Below are positions 32,293 to 41,908 of a DNA stretch of 64,000 nt, piece by piece. The translations under genes and the position numbers were made by a program. The stretch is from Xanthobacteraceae bacterium. GTDB lineage: Bacteria > Pseudomonadota > Alphaproteobacteria > Rhizobiales > Xanthobacteraceae. Positions within the stretch are counted from its first letter, which is position 1, and every line of letters starts with the position of its first letter. The notes under the pieces were generated by a model. The model did no database searches and had not been told where the DNA came from. It was given only the letters and a program-made list of their open reading frames with translations. The DNA lies in contig DASQXF010000143.1 of assembly GCA_035639895.1 (NCBI GenBank), positions 7,842 through 71,841 on the forward strand, in the 5' to 3' direction.

Positions 32293-33294
32293 TCAAAGAT
32301 CGAATCCGTTCTCCTGCGCCAAGGCCTTGAGCGACGTCTCCGGTCGTGCCCCGAGATGTTGGATCACGTCGGCGGCCGCCAATGCCCCGAGGCGCGCAGC
32401 ATTGCGGTAGTCGGCGCCGCGCGACAGGCCGGCCAGAAAGCCCGCGGCGAAAAGGTCGCCGGCACCGGTGGCGTCGACCACGCGCTCCACCGGACTCGCC
32501 GGAACAGCCTCTATCTGATCACGCGCCACGATCAGGCAGCCCTTTTCGCTGCGGGTGATCACGGCCAGGCGCGCATCTTTTTGCAGCGCGTGAAGGGCGG
32601 TGTCGAAATCGGCGGTCTCGTACAGGCTGTGCAGCTCGCGTTCGTTGGCAAAGACGAGGTCCACGGTGCCCGTGCGGATCAGATCCAGAAATTCCGGGCG
32701 ATAACGATCGACACAGAACGCATCTGACAGCGTGAGGGCAACGTCGCGATCGGCCTCGTGTGCGATCTTCGCCGCCTTGAGGAAAGCTTCCTTGGCGTGC
32801 GGCGGATCCCAGAGATAGCCCTCGAGGTAGACAATCTGAGCGTCAGCAATGGCGTCTTCGTCGATGTCATTGGGATGCAAGTCCTGGGCGGCGCCGAGAT
32901 AGGTGTTCATCGTGCGCTCGCCGTCGGGCGTGACCAGCACGTAGCAGCGTGCTGTCGATGGGCCGGCCGAGGCGGGGGGTGTCGCAAACGCAACGCCGGC
33001 CGCGCGGATGTCGTGGGCAAAGACACGACCGAGCTCGTCGTCCTTCACCTTACCGATGAAGGCAGCGCGTGCCCCGAGGCTTGCCACGCCTACGACGGTA
33101 TTCGCCGCCGAGCCGCCGGAAACCTCCACCGCCGGACCCATGGCATCGTAGAGTTTCGCGGCCTGGCTCTCATTGATCAGCTGCATGGTGCCCTTGCGCA
33201 AGTTGTGCTGGGCGAGAAACGCGTCATGCGTGCGGGCAATCACATCGACAATCGCGTTGCCGATACCAAGGACGTCGAAACGCATCGAGGCCAT
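32293..33294 (-). CDS. adenosine kinase (PfkB/ribokinase family)
   Basis: ORF 32293..33324 trimmed to MASMRFDVLGIGNAIVDVIA. SGGSAANT and DATGAGDLFAAGFL PfkB signatures. Confidence 0.88.
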   Translation of the reverse strand: MASMRFDVLGIGNAIVDVIARTHDAFLAQHNLRKGTMQLINESQAAKLYDAMGPAVEVSGGSAANTVVGVASLGARAAFIGKVKDDELGRVFAHDIRAAGVAFATPPASAGPSTARCYVLVTPDGERTMNTYLGAAQDLHPNDIDEDAIADAQIVYLEGYLWDPPHAKEAFLKAAKIAHEADRDVALTLSDAFCVDRYRPEFLDLIRTGTVDLVFANERELHSLYETADFDTALHALQKDARLAVITRSEKGCLIVARDQIEAVPASPVERVVDATGAGDLFAAGFLAGLSRGADYRNAARLGALAAADVIQHLGARPETSLKALAQENGFDL

Positions 33295-33479
33295 CTGAAA
33301 ACTCTCAGCAAAAAACGCGGGCACTATAGCGGTGAAATGGCTGGAGACAATCGTGCATCCCGTAGGCCGCGCGGCGATCTGCCGTCATGGTCCGGCTGTC
33401 ATGCCGCCGGCCGTGAGCCGGACTTGCGCGCGTGCCGTGGGTCGTGCCATCTGGCAGCGCGATCGGCGAGGCTTCCGGC

Positions 33480-34526
33480 ATGGCCTTCAAGGAACGAGTA
33501 TTTTCCGGGGTGCAACCGACTGGCAATCTGCACCTCGGCAATTATCTTGGCGCGATTGCAAAGTTCGTCGCGCTACAGGATCGGTACGAGTGCATGTATT
33601 GCGTCGTCGACCTGCACGCGATCACCCAACCGCTGGCTGTCTGGGGCGGCCCTGAGCAACTGCCGAAGAACACGCGCGAGGTGACCGCCGCTTTCCTCGC
33701 CTGCGGTATCGATCCAAAGAAACACATTGTGTTCAATCAAAGCCAGGTCGCCGAGCATGCTGAGCTCGCCTGGATATTCAACTGCGTGGCCCGCCTCGGA
33801 TGGCTCAATCGTATGACCCAGTTCAAGGAGAAGGCGGGCAAGGATCGCGAGAACGCCTCGGTTGGTCTGTACGCCTATCCGACGCTGATGGCCGCCGACA
33901 TTCTCGTTTATCGAGCGACCCATGTGCCGGTAGGAGAGGATCAAAAGCAACACTTGGAGCTGTCGCGCGACATCGCCCAGAAATTCAACAATGACTTTGC
34001 AAAATCCATCCAGGCGCACGGCTACGGAGACGCATTTTTCCCCCAACCCGAACCGCTCATCCAGGGGCCCGCGACGCGCGTGATGTCGCTGCGTGACGGC
34101 TCCAAGAAGATGTCGAAGTCCGATGCCTCGGACCAATCGCGCATCAATCTGACCGACGATGCTGACGCGATCGCACACAAGATCCGGCGCGCGAAGACGG
34201 ATCCCGATCCCTTGCCGCACGGTGAGAAAGGACTCGAGCAGCGGCCCGAGGCCGACAACCTCGTGGGCATTCATGCGGCGCTGGCGGGCAAGAGCAAGGC
34301 GGATGTTCTCAACGAATTCGGCGGCGCGCAATTCTCGACTTTCAAGGCAGCACTCGTCGAACTCGCCGTCGCTAAACTCGGCCCGATCAATGCCGAGATG
34401 AAGCAGCTCCTGGCGGATCCGGTCTATATCGATTCGGTCCTTGCCGGCGGCGCCGCCCGCGCGCGCAGCATCGCGGCAGAGACCATGAAGGCGGTCAAAG
34501 ACATCATCGGCTTCGTGCGACACTGA
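33480..34526 (+). CDS. trpS: tryptophan--tRNA ligase
   Basis: ORF 33432..34526 trimmed to [25 protein letters not shown] (HIGH-type motif). KMSKS present. Confidence 0.96.
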   Translation: MAFKERVFSGVQPTGNLHLGNYLGAIAKFVALQDRYECMYCVVDLHAITQPLAVWGGPEQLPKNTREVTAAFLACGIDPKKHIVFNQSQVAEHAELAWIFNCVARLGWLNRMTQFKEKAGKDRENASVGLYAYPTLMAADILVYRATHVPVGEDQKQHLELSRDIAQKFNNDFAKSIQAHGYGDAFFPQPEPLIQGPATRVMSLRDGSKKMSKSDASDQSRINLTDDADAIAHKIRRAKTDPDPLPHGEKGLEQRPEADNLVGIHAALAGKSKADVLNEFGGAQFSTFKAALVELAVAKLGPINAEMKQLLADPVYIDSVLAGGAARARSIAAETMKAVKDIIGFVRH

Positions 34527-34698
34527 TCGCGCAGCATTATTCGACAGCTTGCAAGCGCTTGCCATAGTGGCCTTGTGCTGCCCCTGACGACCGTGGCAGG
34601 ATTTTCGAGTATACGACCTCGCCGGTGACCACGCGGCATTTTGAGGCGCAAAGAGCCGGTCCGCCGGAGAGTGTCGTCCGGTGCGGCCGGGGGAGCCT

Positions 34699-35193
34699 AT
34701 GATCAAAAAGCGCCGCAGCTACGAGGCTGGGCACTCGCCCAAGTTCATGGTGGTCATCGATGATTCGCCGGAATGCGACAGAGCGCTTTATTTCGCCAGC
34801 CGGCGCGCGCTGCGCATCGGCGCAACCGTGCTTATGCTGCGCGTGATCGAGACTCATGACCGTAATCAGCAATGGCTCGGCGTCGCCGACATCATGCGTG
34901 CGGAAGCGCACGAGGAGGCCAATGCCGTACTTGACCGCCATGCCGCCCGGTCCTCCAGTATCACCGGCGTGATGCCGCAGCGGGTGATCCGCGAAGGCGA
35001 GAAGGCGCAGCAAGTCCTCGATCTGATTGAGGACGATGAGGACGTGGCGATTCTGGTACTAGCCGCCGCGCCGGGCAAAGAGGGGCCGGGGCCGCTGGTA
35101 TCCAGTCTCGCCAAGAACGCGGGCGACTTTCCCATTCCGGTCGCCATCGTCCCGGGACATCTCAGCGACGAAGAACTCGACGCGATGTCGTAA
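34699..35193 (+). CDS. universal stress protein (UspA family)
   Basis: ORF 34681..35193 with ATG 34699 preceded by GGGGGAG. ...KFMVVIDDSPECDRALYFA... and ...AILVLAAAPGKEGPGPLV... Confidence 0.8.
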   Translation: MIKKRRSYEAGHSPKFMVVIDDSPECDRALYFASRRALRIGATVLMLRVIETHDRNQQWLGVADIMRAEAHEEANAVLDRHAARSSSITGVMPQRVIREGEKAQQVLDLIEDDEDVAILVLAAAPGKEGPGPLVSSLAKNAGDFPIPVAIVPGHLSDEELDAMS

Positions 35194-35369
35194 TGCGCGC
35201 TGCGCTTAAGCCCATTCGCCACGTCTGATGAAAGCGAGATCCAAGGGGACTCGCGGCACGGATTGCCCTCGCCCTCTTGGCGGCTTGGGACGGGTTGAAC
35301 TTCCGCCGGGAGGCGCCACCTATTAAAATGAGAATTCCGTTTTCATCCTGCGACTGAAAGGAGCAGGCC

Positions 35370-35933
35370 ATGTTCATCCAGACCGAGCCCACCCCAAATC
35401 CGGCAACGCTGAAATTTCTGCCCGGACGGGCCGTGCTGGCGACCGGTACGCTTGATATGCGCGACAAGGAGGCGGCCACGCAATCGCCCCTGGCCGAGCG
35501 CCTCTTCGGTGTCACAGGAGTATCAGGGGTCTTCTTCGGCTCCGATTTCATCGCCGTCACCAAGAATGCCGGCGAATGGCAGCAGCTCAAACCAGCCATT
35601 CTCGGCGCCATCATGGAGCACTTCATGTCCGGTGCGCCGATCGTGAACGGCACGGATGCCGCCGCATCGGCGGGCGGCGATGAATTTTTCGAAGAGAAAG
35701 ATTCCGAAACGGTTGCTGCCATCAAAGAGCTGATCGAAGCGCGGGTGAGGCCGGCGGTCGCCAATGACGGCGGCGACATCACTTTCCGCGGCTTCAAGGA
35801 CGGGATCGTCTATCTCGACATGAAGGGCGCCTGCTCGGGCTGCCCCTCGTCGACGGCGACGCTGCGGCACGGCATCGAGAACCTGCTGCGCCATTATTTG
35901 CCGGACGTAGTCGAAGTCAGACCCATGGGATGA
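35370..35933 (+). CDS. NifU-family Fe-S cluster protein (Nfu_N + NifU C-terminal domain)
   Basis: 187 aa. MFIQTEPTPNPATLKFLPGR and a C-terminal CSGCPSS motif. AGGAG SD. Confidence 0.9.
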   Translation: MFIQTEPTPNPATLKFLPGRAVLATGTLDMRDKEAATQSPLAERLFGVTGVSGVFFGSDFIAVTKNAGEWQQLKPAILGAIMEHFMSGAPIVNGTDAAASAGGDEFFEEKDSETVAAIKELIEARVRPAVANDGGDITFRGFKDGIVYLDMKGACSGCPSSTATLRHGIENLLRHYLPDVVEVRPMG

Positions 35934-36035
35934 GCCGCGATTGCATCCGATAAACCCGGCGGAGCAATAACCGCAGTAAGCCTGAGCGTCGGCGTTTTAC
36001 CCGTTGTCCACGACTAGGGACGGCGAGGGTGAGCC

Positions 36036-36716
36036 ATGCGCGTCCTTGCCATCGACACCGCGCTGGAGGCCTGCTCGGCCGCCGTGCTCGACACCAGCGG
36101 CGGGATCACCGCCAGCGAGACCGCCATCATGACGCGCGGTCACGCCGAGGCGCTGATGCCGCTCCTCGCACGCGTGATGATTCGGGCCGGTATTGAGTTT
36201 GGCGATCTCGACCGCATCGCCGTCACCACGGGGCCCGGCAGTTTTACCGGTCTCCGTGTTGGAATATCGGCAGCGCGAGGCATCGCACTCGCGGCGGGAA
36301 AGTCGGCGATCGGCCTCTCCACGCTTGCCGGATTCGCGGCTCCGCTGATTGCCGAAGACGATAGCACCCAAGTCGTAGCGGCGATCGACGCCCGCCACGA
36401 CCACATTTATTTGCAGGTGTTCGGCGTCAACGGCCGAACGCTTGTCGGTCCTCGAACCGCAACTGTGCGCGATGCCGCACGCGCTGCGATGACCGCACCC
36501 GCACGCATCATCGGCTCCGCCGCCAAGAAGCTTGCGGCGGCCTGGCCCAAAGGAGCCGAGCCGCCGCTCCTGGTCGAGCAGCTTGGCGCCCCCGACATCG
36601 ACTGGATCGCCCGTCTTGGCGCCGCCGCAGCGGAAGCCCACGGTCCGCCAAAGCCGCTCTATCTGCGCGCACCCGACGCGCAGCCACAGAATGCCGCGCG
36701 CCTACCCCGCCGATGA
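36036..36716 (+). CDS. tsaB: tRNA threonylcarbamoyladenosine biosynthesis protein TsaB
   Basis: 226 aa. MRVLAIDTALEACSAAVL...GPGSFTGLRVGIS... Confidence 0.92.
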   Translation: MRVLAIDTALEACSAAVLDTSGGITASETAIMTRGHAEALMPLLARVMIRAGIEFGDLDRIAVTTGPGSFTGLRVGISAARGIALAAGKSAIGLSTLAGFAAPLIAEDDSTQVVAAIDARHDHIYLQVFGVNGRTLVGPRTATVRDAARAAMTAPARIIGSAAKKLAAAWPKGAEPPLLVEQLGAPDIDWIARLGAAAAEAHGPPKPLYLRAPDAQPQNAARLPRR

Positions 36717-37189
36717 TCGGGATCATTGCTCGCCTGTTCGCGCGCGAAGCCGCGCTGTCGGAAGCCGGCCCAGCCGACGCCTGCGCCTTGGCGGCGCTCC
36801 ATGCCGCCTCGTTCCATCGCGGGTGGAGCGAGGATGAGTTCGAGCGCTTGCTCTTGGATCGCAACGTTGTCGCGCATCGTGCTGTCGTGCGAGGCATCCT
36901 CGTCGGATTCATCCTGTCACGGCTCGTTTTGGACGAGGCAGAGATCCTGTCAGTCGCTGTCGCCTCCGCTTGGCGTGGAAGGGGGCTGGCGCGACAGCTG
37001 CTCGATACCAACCTACGTCGACTGGCTGCGCGCGGCACGCGCTCGGTATTTCTGGAGGTGGACGAGGCCAATGTGGCGGCGCGGCGACTCTATCGCCGCG
37101 CGGGCTTCCGAGACGTGGGGCGCCGGGAATCGTATTATTCCGCGACGCGAGACTCCGCCGCCATTATTCTGCGCCGCGATCTGGTGTGA
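36713..37189 (+). CDS. rimI: ribosomal-protein-alanine N-acetyltransferase
   Basis: 158 aa. ATGA overlap with tsaB. ...ILSVAVASAWRGRGLARQLL... GNAT motif. Conserved tsaB-rimI pair. Confidence 0.88.
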   Translation: MIGIIARLFAREAALSEAGPADACALAALHAASFHRGWSEDEFERLLLDRNVVAHRAVVRGILVGFILSRLVLDEAEILSVAVASAWRGRGLARQLLDTNLRRLAARGTRSVFLEVDEANVAARRLYRRAGFRDVGRRESYYSATRDSAAIILRRDLV

Positions 37190-37300
37190 CTAGCGACCGG
37201 CGCTGTAAGCACATGGACTGCATCTGAGTTCCTAATAGCGTGGCCTGGACAATGGATTCCAGCCCGTCGGCGTGATATTGCGGTTGGACGGAGAAGCGTC

Positions 37301-37735
37301 GTGAACGCGCCGAAGCCTAGAGACATCGAAGCTCTATGCAGCGCCAAGGGCATGCGTATGACCGAGCAGCGCCGCGTGATCGCGCGCGTGTTGGCAGCGG
37401 CCGATGACCACCCGGATGTTGAGGAGCTTTACCGGCGTTGCTCCGCTGTTGACGATCGGATCTCGATCTCCACGGTCTACCGAACCGTGAAGTTGTTCGA
37501 GGACGCCGGTATCATCGAGCGGCATGACTTTCGCAACGGGCGCGCGCGCTACGAGCAGATGCCCGACAGCCATCACGATCATCTCATCAATCTGCGCACG
37601 GGCGAAGTAATCGAGTTTCAGTCGGAAGACATCGAGCGCCTGCAGGCCGACATCGCAAGGCGTCTGGGCTACCGGCTGGTCGATCATCGGCTCGAGCTTT
37701 ACGCAGTCCCACTCGACGACAAGCCGAAACGCTGA
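37301..37735 (+). CDS. fur: Fur-family metalloregulator (Fur/Mur-type)
   Basis: 144 aa with a GTG start. ...MTEQRRVIARVL...ISISTVYRTVKLFEDAGII...HHDHLI.... The Fe versus Mn specificity cannot be told from sequence. Confidence 0.88.
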   Translation: MNAPKPRDIEALCSAKGMRMTEQRRVIARVLAAADDHPDVEELYRRCSAVDDRISISTVYRTVKLFEDAGIIERHDFRNGRARYEQMPDSHHDHLINLRTGEVIEFQSEDIERLQADIARRLGYRLVDHRLELYAVPLDDKPKR

Positions 37736-37757
37736 GCCTGCCAACGAGGCCAAGACC

Positions 37758-38741
37758 TTGCCGAGATCGTCGTGCATCTTGCTTGGCTTGTTGTTCGCCC
37801 TCGGCATGGCGTCTTCCGCGGCCGAGGACCTGCCCAAACAATATCCGGAGAGGTCGATCAAAATTTTGGTCGGCTTTGCTGCAGGCGGCGGCACGGATGT
37901 CGCAGCCAGAATTGTAGCGCAGAAGTTGACTGAGACGCTTGGTCAATCGGTCGTCGTCGAGAACCGTCCCGGCGCAAGCGGGATGATCGCCGCAGAAACG
38001 GTCGCGAAATCGGGCGCGGACGGATACACGCTGATGATGGGCACCCAGACGACTCTTGCGGTCGCGCCGGCGCTCTATCGCAAGTTCTCAATCGATGCGA
38101 CCAGAGACTTTGTCGGTGTGGCAAAGGCCGGCGTCTCGCCGCTGGTGCTCGTCGTTCATCCCTCGGTGCCGGCGCGATCGGTCATGGACCTGATCGCGCT
38201 GGCCAAGGCCAGCCCAGGCACGATCAATTTCGGATCGGGCGGACTGGGGACCACGCCGCACATGGCAGGCGAGCTTTTCTCGATCCAGGCCGGCATCAAG
38301 ATGGTGCACGTTGCCTATCGTGGCGAGGCTCCAGCCATCAATGATCTTCTCGGCGGCCAGCTGCATTTGATCTTCGCGAACCTCTCGGCGGTCATCGGCA
38401 ACGTGAAGGCGGGCTCACTGCGTGCGCTTGCCGTCACCAGCGCGCAACGCGCCGCGACGGCGCCCGAAATTCCCACTGTCGCGGAGGCGGCGCTCCCCGG
38501 CTTTGAGGCGGCAACCTGGTTTGCGCTGGTTGCCCCGGCCGGCACTCCACGCGAGATCGTGCGCCGGTTGAATAGGGAGCTGACGCAGGTCATGACTCAG
38601 CCGGACGTGCGACAGCGATTCGCCGATCTGGGGATGACGATCGACGCGGGCCCGCCAGAGGCACTCGATGCCTATATCAAATCCGAAATCCTCAAGTGGT
38701 CGAAAGTCATCAAAGAGGCCGACATCCGTGCTCCCGACTAG
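37758..38741 (+). CDS. tripartite tricarboxylate transporter substrate-binding protein (Bug/TctC family), orphan
   Basis: 327 aa with a TTG start and a signal peptide. ...YPERSIKILVGFAAGGGTDVAARIVAQKL... typical of the Bug family. No tctA or tctB gene is adjacent. Confidence 0.88.
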   Translation: MPRSSCILLGLLFALGMASSAAEDLPKQYPERSIKILVGFAAGGGTDVAARIVAQKLTETLGQSVVVENRPGASGMIAAETVAKSGADGYTLMMGTQTTLAVAPALYRKFSIDATRDFVGVAKAGVSPLVLVVHPSVPARSVMDLIALAKASPGTINFGSGGLGTTPHMAGELFSIQAGIKMVHVAYRGEAPAINDLLGGQLHLIFANLSAVIGNVKAGSLRALAVTSAQRAATAPEIPTVAEAALPGFEAATWFALVAPAGTPREIVRRLNRELTQVMTQPDVRQRFADLGMTIDAGPPEALDAYIKSEILKWSKVIKEADIRAPD

Positions 38742-38885
38742 CGCAACCGGCCATTTGCACCCATTTGCTTTTGAGGCTCAGACGGATAAAAGACCCGGAC
38801 GTTGGCTGATGGCGACGCGGCCCAGGATTCAGCAGGCGCATCAAAGAGTTGAAGTTCTCCGGGCGCACACAACGATCCGACCGGC

Positions 38886-40271
38886 ATGACCCCACCGCGC
38901 AAGCTCTACGTCAAATCCTTCGGCTGCCAGATGAACGTCTACGATTCGCATCGGATGGCGGACATGCTCGCGCCCGAGGGCTTTGCCGAAACCATCCATC
39001 TGGGAGACGCCGACCTCATCATCCTCAACACTTGCCACATTCGTGAGAAGGCGGCAGACAAGGTGTATTCCGAGCTCGGCCGCGTCGGTGCGCTCAAATC
39101 GGCTGCCGCGCGCGAGGGACGCCGCGTGACCATTGCGGTTGCGGGGTGTGTCGCTCAGGCCGAAGGCGAGGAGATCGTCCGGCGGGCGCCGGTGGTGGAC
39201 CTGGTGCTCGGCCCGCAAAGCTACCACCGCCTGCCCGAATTGCTCGCCAGGGCCGAGCGTGAAGGGGCGGTGGTCGATACCGAATTTCCGGTCGAGGACA
39301 AGTTCGATGTCCTTAAGGCACCAACCCGCGAGGCAATACGCGCGCGCGGTGTCAGTGCTTTTGTCACGGTCCAGGAAGGTTGCGATAAATTCTGCACCTT
39401 CTGCGTCGTGCCGTACACGCGGGGCGCCGAGGTATCGCGGCCGGTGATAAAGATTGTCGCCGAGGTCGAGCGGCTGGCCGACGCAGGAGTGCGTGAAGTC
39501 ACGTTGATCGGCCAGAACGTTAATGCCTATCACGGTGAAGGGCCCGACGGCGCATCCTGGACCCTCGGGCGATTGCTGGAACGTGTCGCAGATATCACCG
39601 GGATCGTGCGGCTGCGCTATACCACGAGCCATCCCTGCGACATGGACGCGAGCCTGATCGCGGCGCATCGCGACCTGCCCGGTTTGATGCCTTACCTGCA
39701 CCTGCCGGTGCAATCGGGTTCCGACGACGTCCTCAAGCGCATGAACCGCCGCCACACCCGTGCCGCTTATCTTGAAGCTATCGCGTGCGTGCGCACCGCC
39801 CAGCCAAAAATGGCGTTCTCCTCCGACTTCATCGTCGGCTTTCCCGGGGAGAGCGAGGAGGACTTTCGCGCAACACTGTCGCTGCTGGATGAGGTGGGCT
39901 ACGCCAATGCCTTCTCCTTCAAATACTCGCCTAGGCCTGGAACGCCGGCCGCGGACATGCCGAATCAGATACCAGAGGCTGTGAAATCGGAACGGCTCCA
40001 GCGCCTGCAGGCGGCGATCAACCGTCATCAGGCCGCGTTCAACGCGCAATGCCGTGACCGTACCTTCGATGTCCTGTTCGAAAAGTCCGGGCGTTATCCT
40101 GGCCAGATCGTCGGGCGCTCCCCATATCTGCAGCCGGTTCAGGTCATGGGCCCAACGACAACGATCGGTCACATTGCGGCGGTAAGGGTCACGGAAATCG
40201 GGGCCAACAGCTTATTCGGCGCGCTTGAGGAATCCGCCGCGGGTGTAGAACCGATGCTCATGGAGGCGTGA
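38886..40271 (+). CDS. miaB: tRNA-2-methylthio-N6-dimethylallyladenosine synthase
   Basis: 461 aa. ...[16 protein letters not shown]... and the radical-SAM CDKFCTFC motif. TRAM domain. Confidence 0.96.
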   Translation: MTPPRKLYVKSFGCQMNVYDSHRMADMLAPEGFAETIHLGDADLIILNTCHIREKAADKVYSELGRVGALKSAAAREGRRVTIAVAGCVAQAEGEEIVRRAPVVDLVLGPQSYHRLPELLARAEREGAVVDTEFPVEDKFDVLKAPTREAIRARGVSAFVTVQEGCDKFCTFCVVPYTRGAEVSRPVIKIVAEVERLADAGVREVTLIGQNVNAYHGEGPDGASWTLGRLLERVADITGIVRLRYTTSHPCDMDASLIAAHRDLPGLMPYLHLPVQSGSDDVLKRMNRRHTRAAYLEAIACVRTAQPKMAFSSDFIVGFPGESEEDFRATLSLLDEVGYANAFSFKYSPRPGTPAADMPNQIPEAVKSERLQRLQAAINRHQAAFNAQCRDRTFDVLFEKSGRYPGQIVGRSPYLQPVQVMGPTTTIGHIAAVRVTEIGANSLFGALEESAAGVEPMLMEA

Positions 40272-40275
40272 ACCG

Positions 40276-41328
40276 TTGCGCTCCCCCCGATCGGACAGCG
40301 GATCGTTGGTATCTTCGTCCGCAACCAGCGATAACGCTGCCACTCAGATCGTGCTGGCCTTCGACGACAACCGGCTCGCATCTCTGTTATTCGGCCAGTA
40401 CGGGCAGAACCTGGCCCTGATCGAGCGCAGACTCGGCGTGGTCGCCGAGCAACGCGGCAACCACGTCACCCTGGCCGGCTCGCGCGACGGCGTGGAGCGG
40501 TCACGCCGGGTACTCGAAGGTCTTTACGAGCAGCTCAGGCGAGGCGATGAGCTGGTGTCCGGCGATGTCGAAGGCGCGATCCGATTGGCAATCGCGCAGG
40601 GTTCCCTGTTCGACTACGATCCCGCGACCGCACGGCCGAGCTTCGAGGAGATCAACCTGCGCAAGCGCGCCGTGCGTGCGCGCACCGCGGCGCAAGACGC
40701 TTATATCCGCGCGTTGCGCCGCCACGCGCTGGTCTTTGGAACCGGGCCGGCGGGCACAGGCAAGACTTGGCTCGCCGTCGCCCACGCGGTGCAACTGTTC
40801 GAGCGCAAGGAGGTTGATCGCATCATCCTCTCGCGCCCGGCAGTCGAGGCGGGCGAGCGACTCGGATTTTTGCCCGGCGACATGCGTGAGAAGGTCGATC
40901 CTTACCTACGCCCGATCTACGACGCGCTGTACGACCTGATGGACCCGCGGATCGTCGAGCGCACGCTTCAGACCGGCGAGATCGAAATTGCGCCGCTCGC
41001 TTTTATGCGCGGGCGCACGCTGTCGAACGCGGTCATCATCCTCGATGAGGCGCAGAACACCACCACGATGCAAATGAAGATGTTTCTCACGCGCTTGGGT
41101 GAGAACAGCCGCATGATTGTCACCGGCGATCCGAGCCAGGTCGATTTGCCGCCTGGACAGACCTCCGGCCTCGCGGAAGCGACGCGACTTCTTAGGAACG
41201 TCGAAGGAATTGGTCACATCGTCTACACCGCCGAGGACGTCGTCCGACACGAACTTGTGGCGCGGATTGTCGACGCCTATGACAAGGCAGCGCTCAAGCC
41301 AGCGCGCGGACGCGACATCAAGGAATGA
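40276..41328 (+). CDS. PhoH-family ATPase (YbeZ-like)
   Basis: 350 aa. Walker A GPAGTGKT and ...ILDEAQN.... The TTG start at 40276 is uncertain. Confidence 0.92.
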   Translation: MRSPRSDSGSLVSSSATSDNAATQIVLAFDDNRLASLLFGQYGQNLALIERRLGVVAEQRGNHVTLAGSRDGVERSRRVLEGLYEQLRRGDELVSGDVEGAIRLAIAQGSLFDYDPATARPSFEEINLRKRAVRARTAAQDAYIRALRRHALVFGTGPAGTGKTWLAVAHAVQLFERKEVDRIILSRPAVEAGERLGFLPGDMREKVDPYLRPIYDALYDLMDPRIVERTLQTGEIEIAPLAFMRGRTLSNAVIILDEAQNTTTMQMKMFLTRLGENSRMIVTGDPSQVDLPPGQTSGLAEATRLLRNVEGIGHIVYTAEDVVRHELVARIVDAYDKAALKPARGRDIKE

Positions 41329-41372
41329 GTCTCTGCGGCTTGTGCGGCGTTCCCCGCCAGCGGGGAGGGAGG

Positions 41373-41903
41373 ATGACGTTCGTGACACGCAAACGGCGCG
41401 CGCGGTCGCCTGTGCGGCGGGGGGTGCGGCCTGCGGTCGACATCGTGATTGCATCCCCGCTCTGGAGCGCGCAACGCGGCGTCAAGGCGCTGCTTCGCCG
41501 GGCGATTGGCGAGGCGGCATCGGCGACGTCAACCGCAGTGGGCGAACTTGCCATCGTACTGAGCGACGATGCAGCGATCCGTGCGCTCAATCGCGATTGG
41601 CGCCGCAAGGATGCCGCGACCAATGTGCTGTCCTTCCCCGCCAACGAACCGCGCGGGGCTCGTGGAATAGCGCGCCTGCTCGGTGATATCGTGATCGCCT
41701 ACGAGACCACGGAACGTGAAGCGCGCGCGGAGCATAAACCTTTTGCGCATCATCTTGCCCATTTGGCAGTGCATGGATTCCTGCATCTCGCCGGCTACGA
41801 TCACGCGGCGGACGAGGAGGCAGCCGCAATGGAAAGACTCGAAACCGCCATCCTTGCCCGGCTCGACGTGCCCGATCCCTACGTTGCGCGTAGCGCTATC
41901 TAG
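41373..41903 (+). CDS. ybeY: rRNA maturation endoribonuclease YbeY
   Basis: ORF 41325..41903. HLAVHGFLHLAGYDH zinc motif. The start is uncertain: ATG 41325 overlaps the phoH stop, and ATG 41373 gives a more typical length. Confidence 0.9.
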   Translation: MTFVTRKRRARSPVRRGVRPAVDIVIASPLWSAQRGVKALLRRAIGEAASATSTAVGELAIVLSDDAAIRALNRDWRRKDAATNVLSFPANEPRGARGIARLLGDIVIAYETTEREARAEHKPFAHHLAHLAVHGFLHLAGYDHAADEEAAAMERLETAILARLDVPDPYVARSAI

Positions 41904-41908
41904 TCTCC

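Noticed and set aside
38841-40172. A 443-aa minus ORF opposite miaB. The same applies to 24023..25939 (+) opposite mtaB/dapF, 16273..17415 (+) opposite acnA, 21246..22508 (+) opposite ftsY/yciB, and 33573..34706 (-) opposite trpS.
   Set aside because: All lie antisense to genes with strong family signatures. None shows a motif or a plausible ribosome-binding site. They are shadow ORFs.
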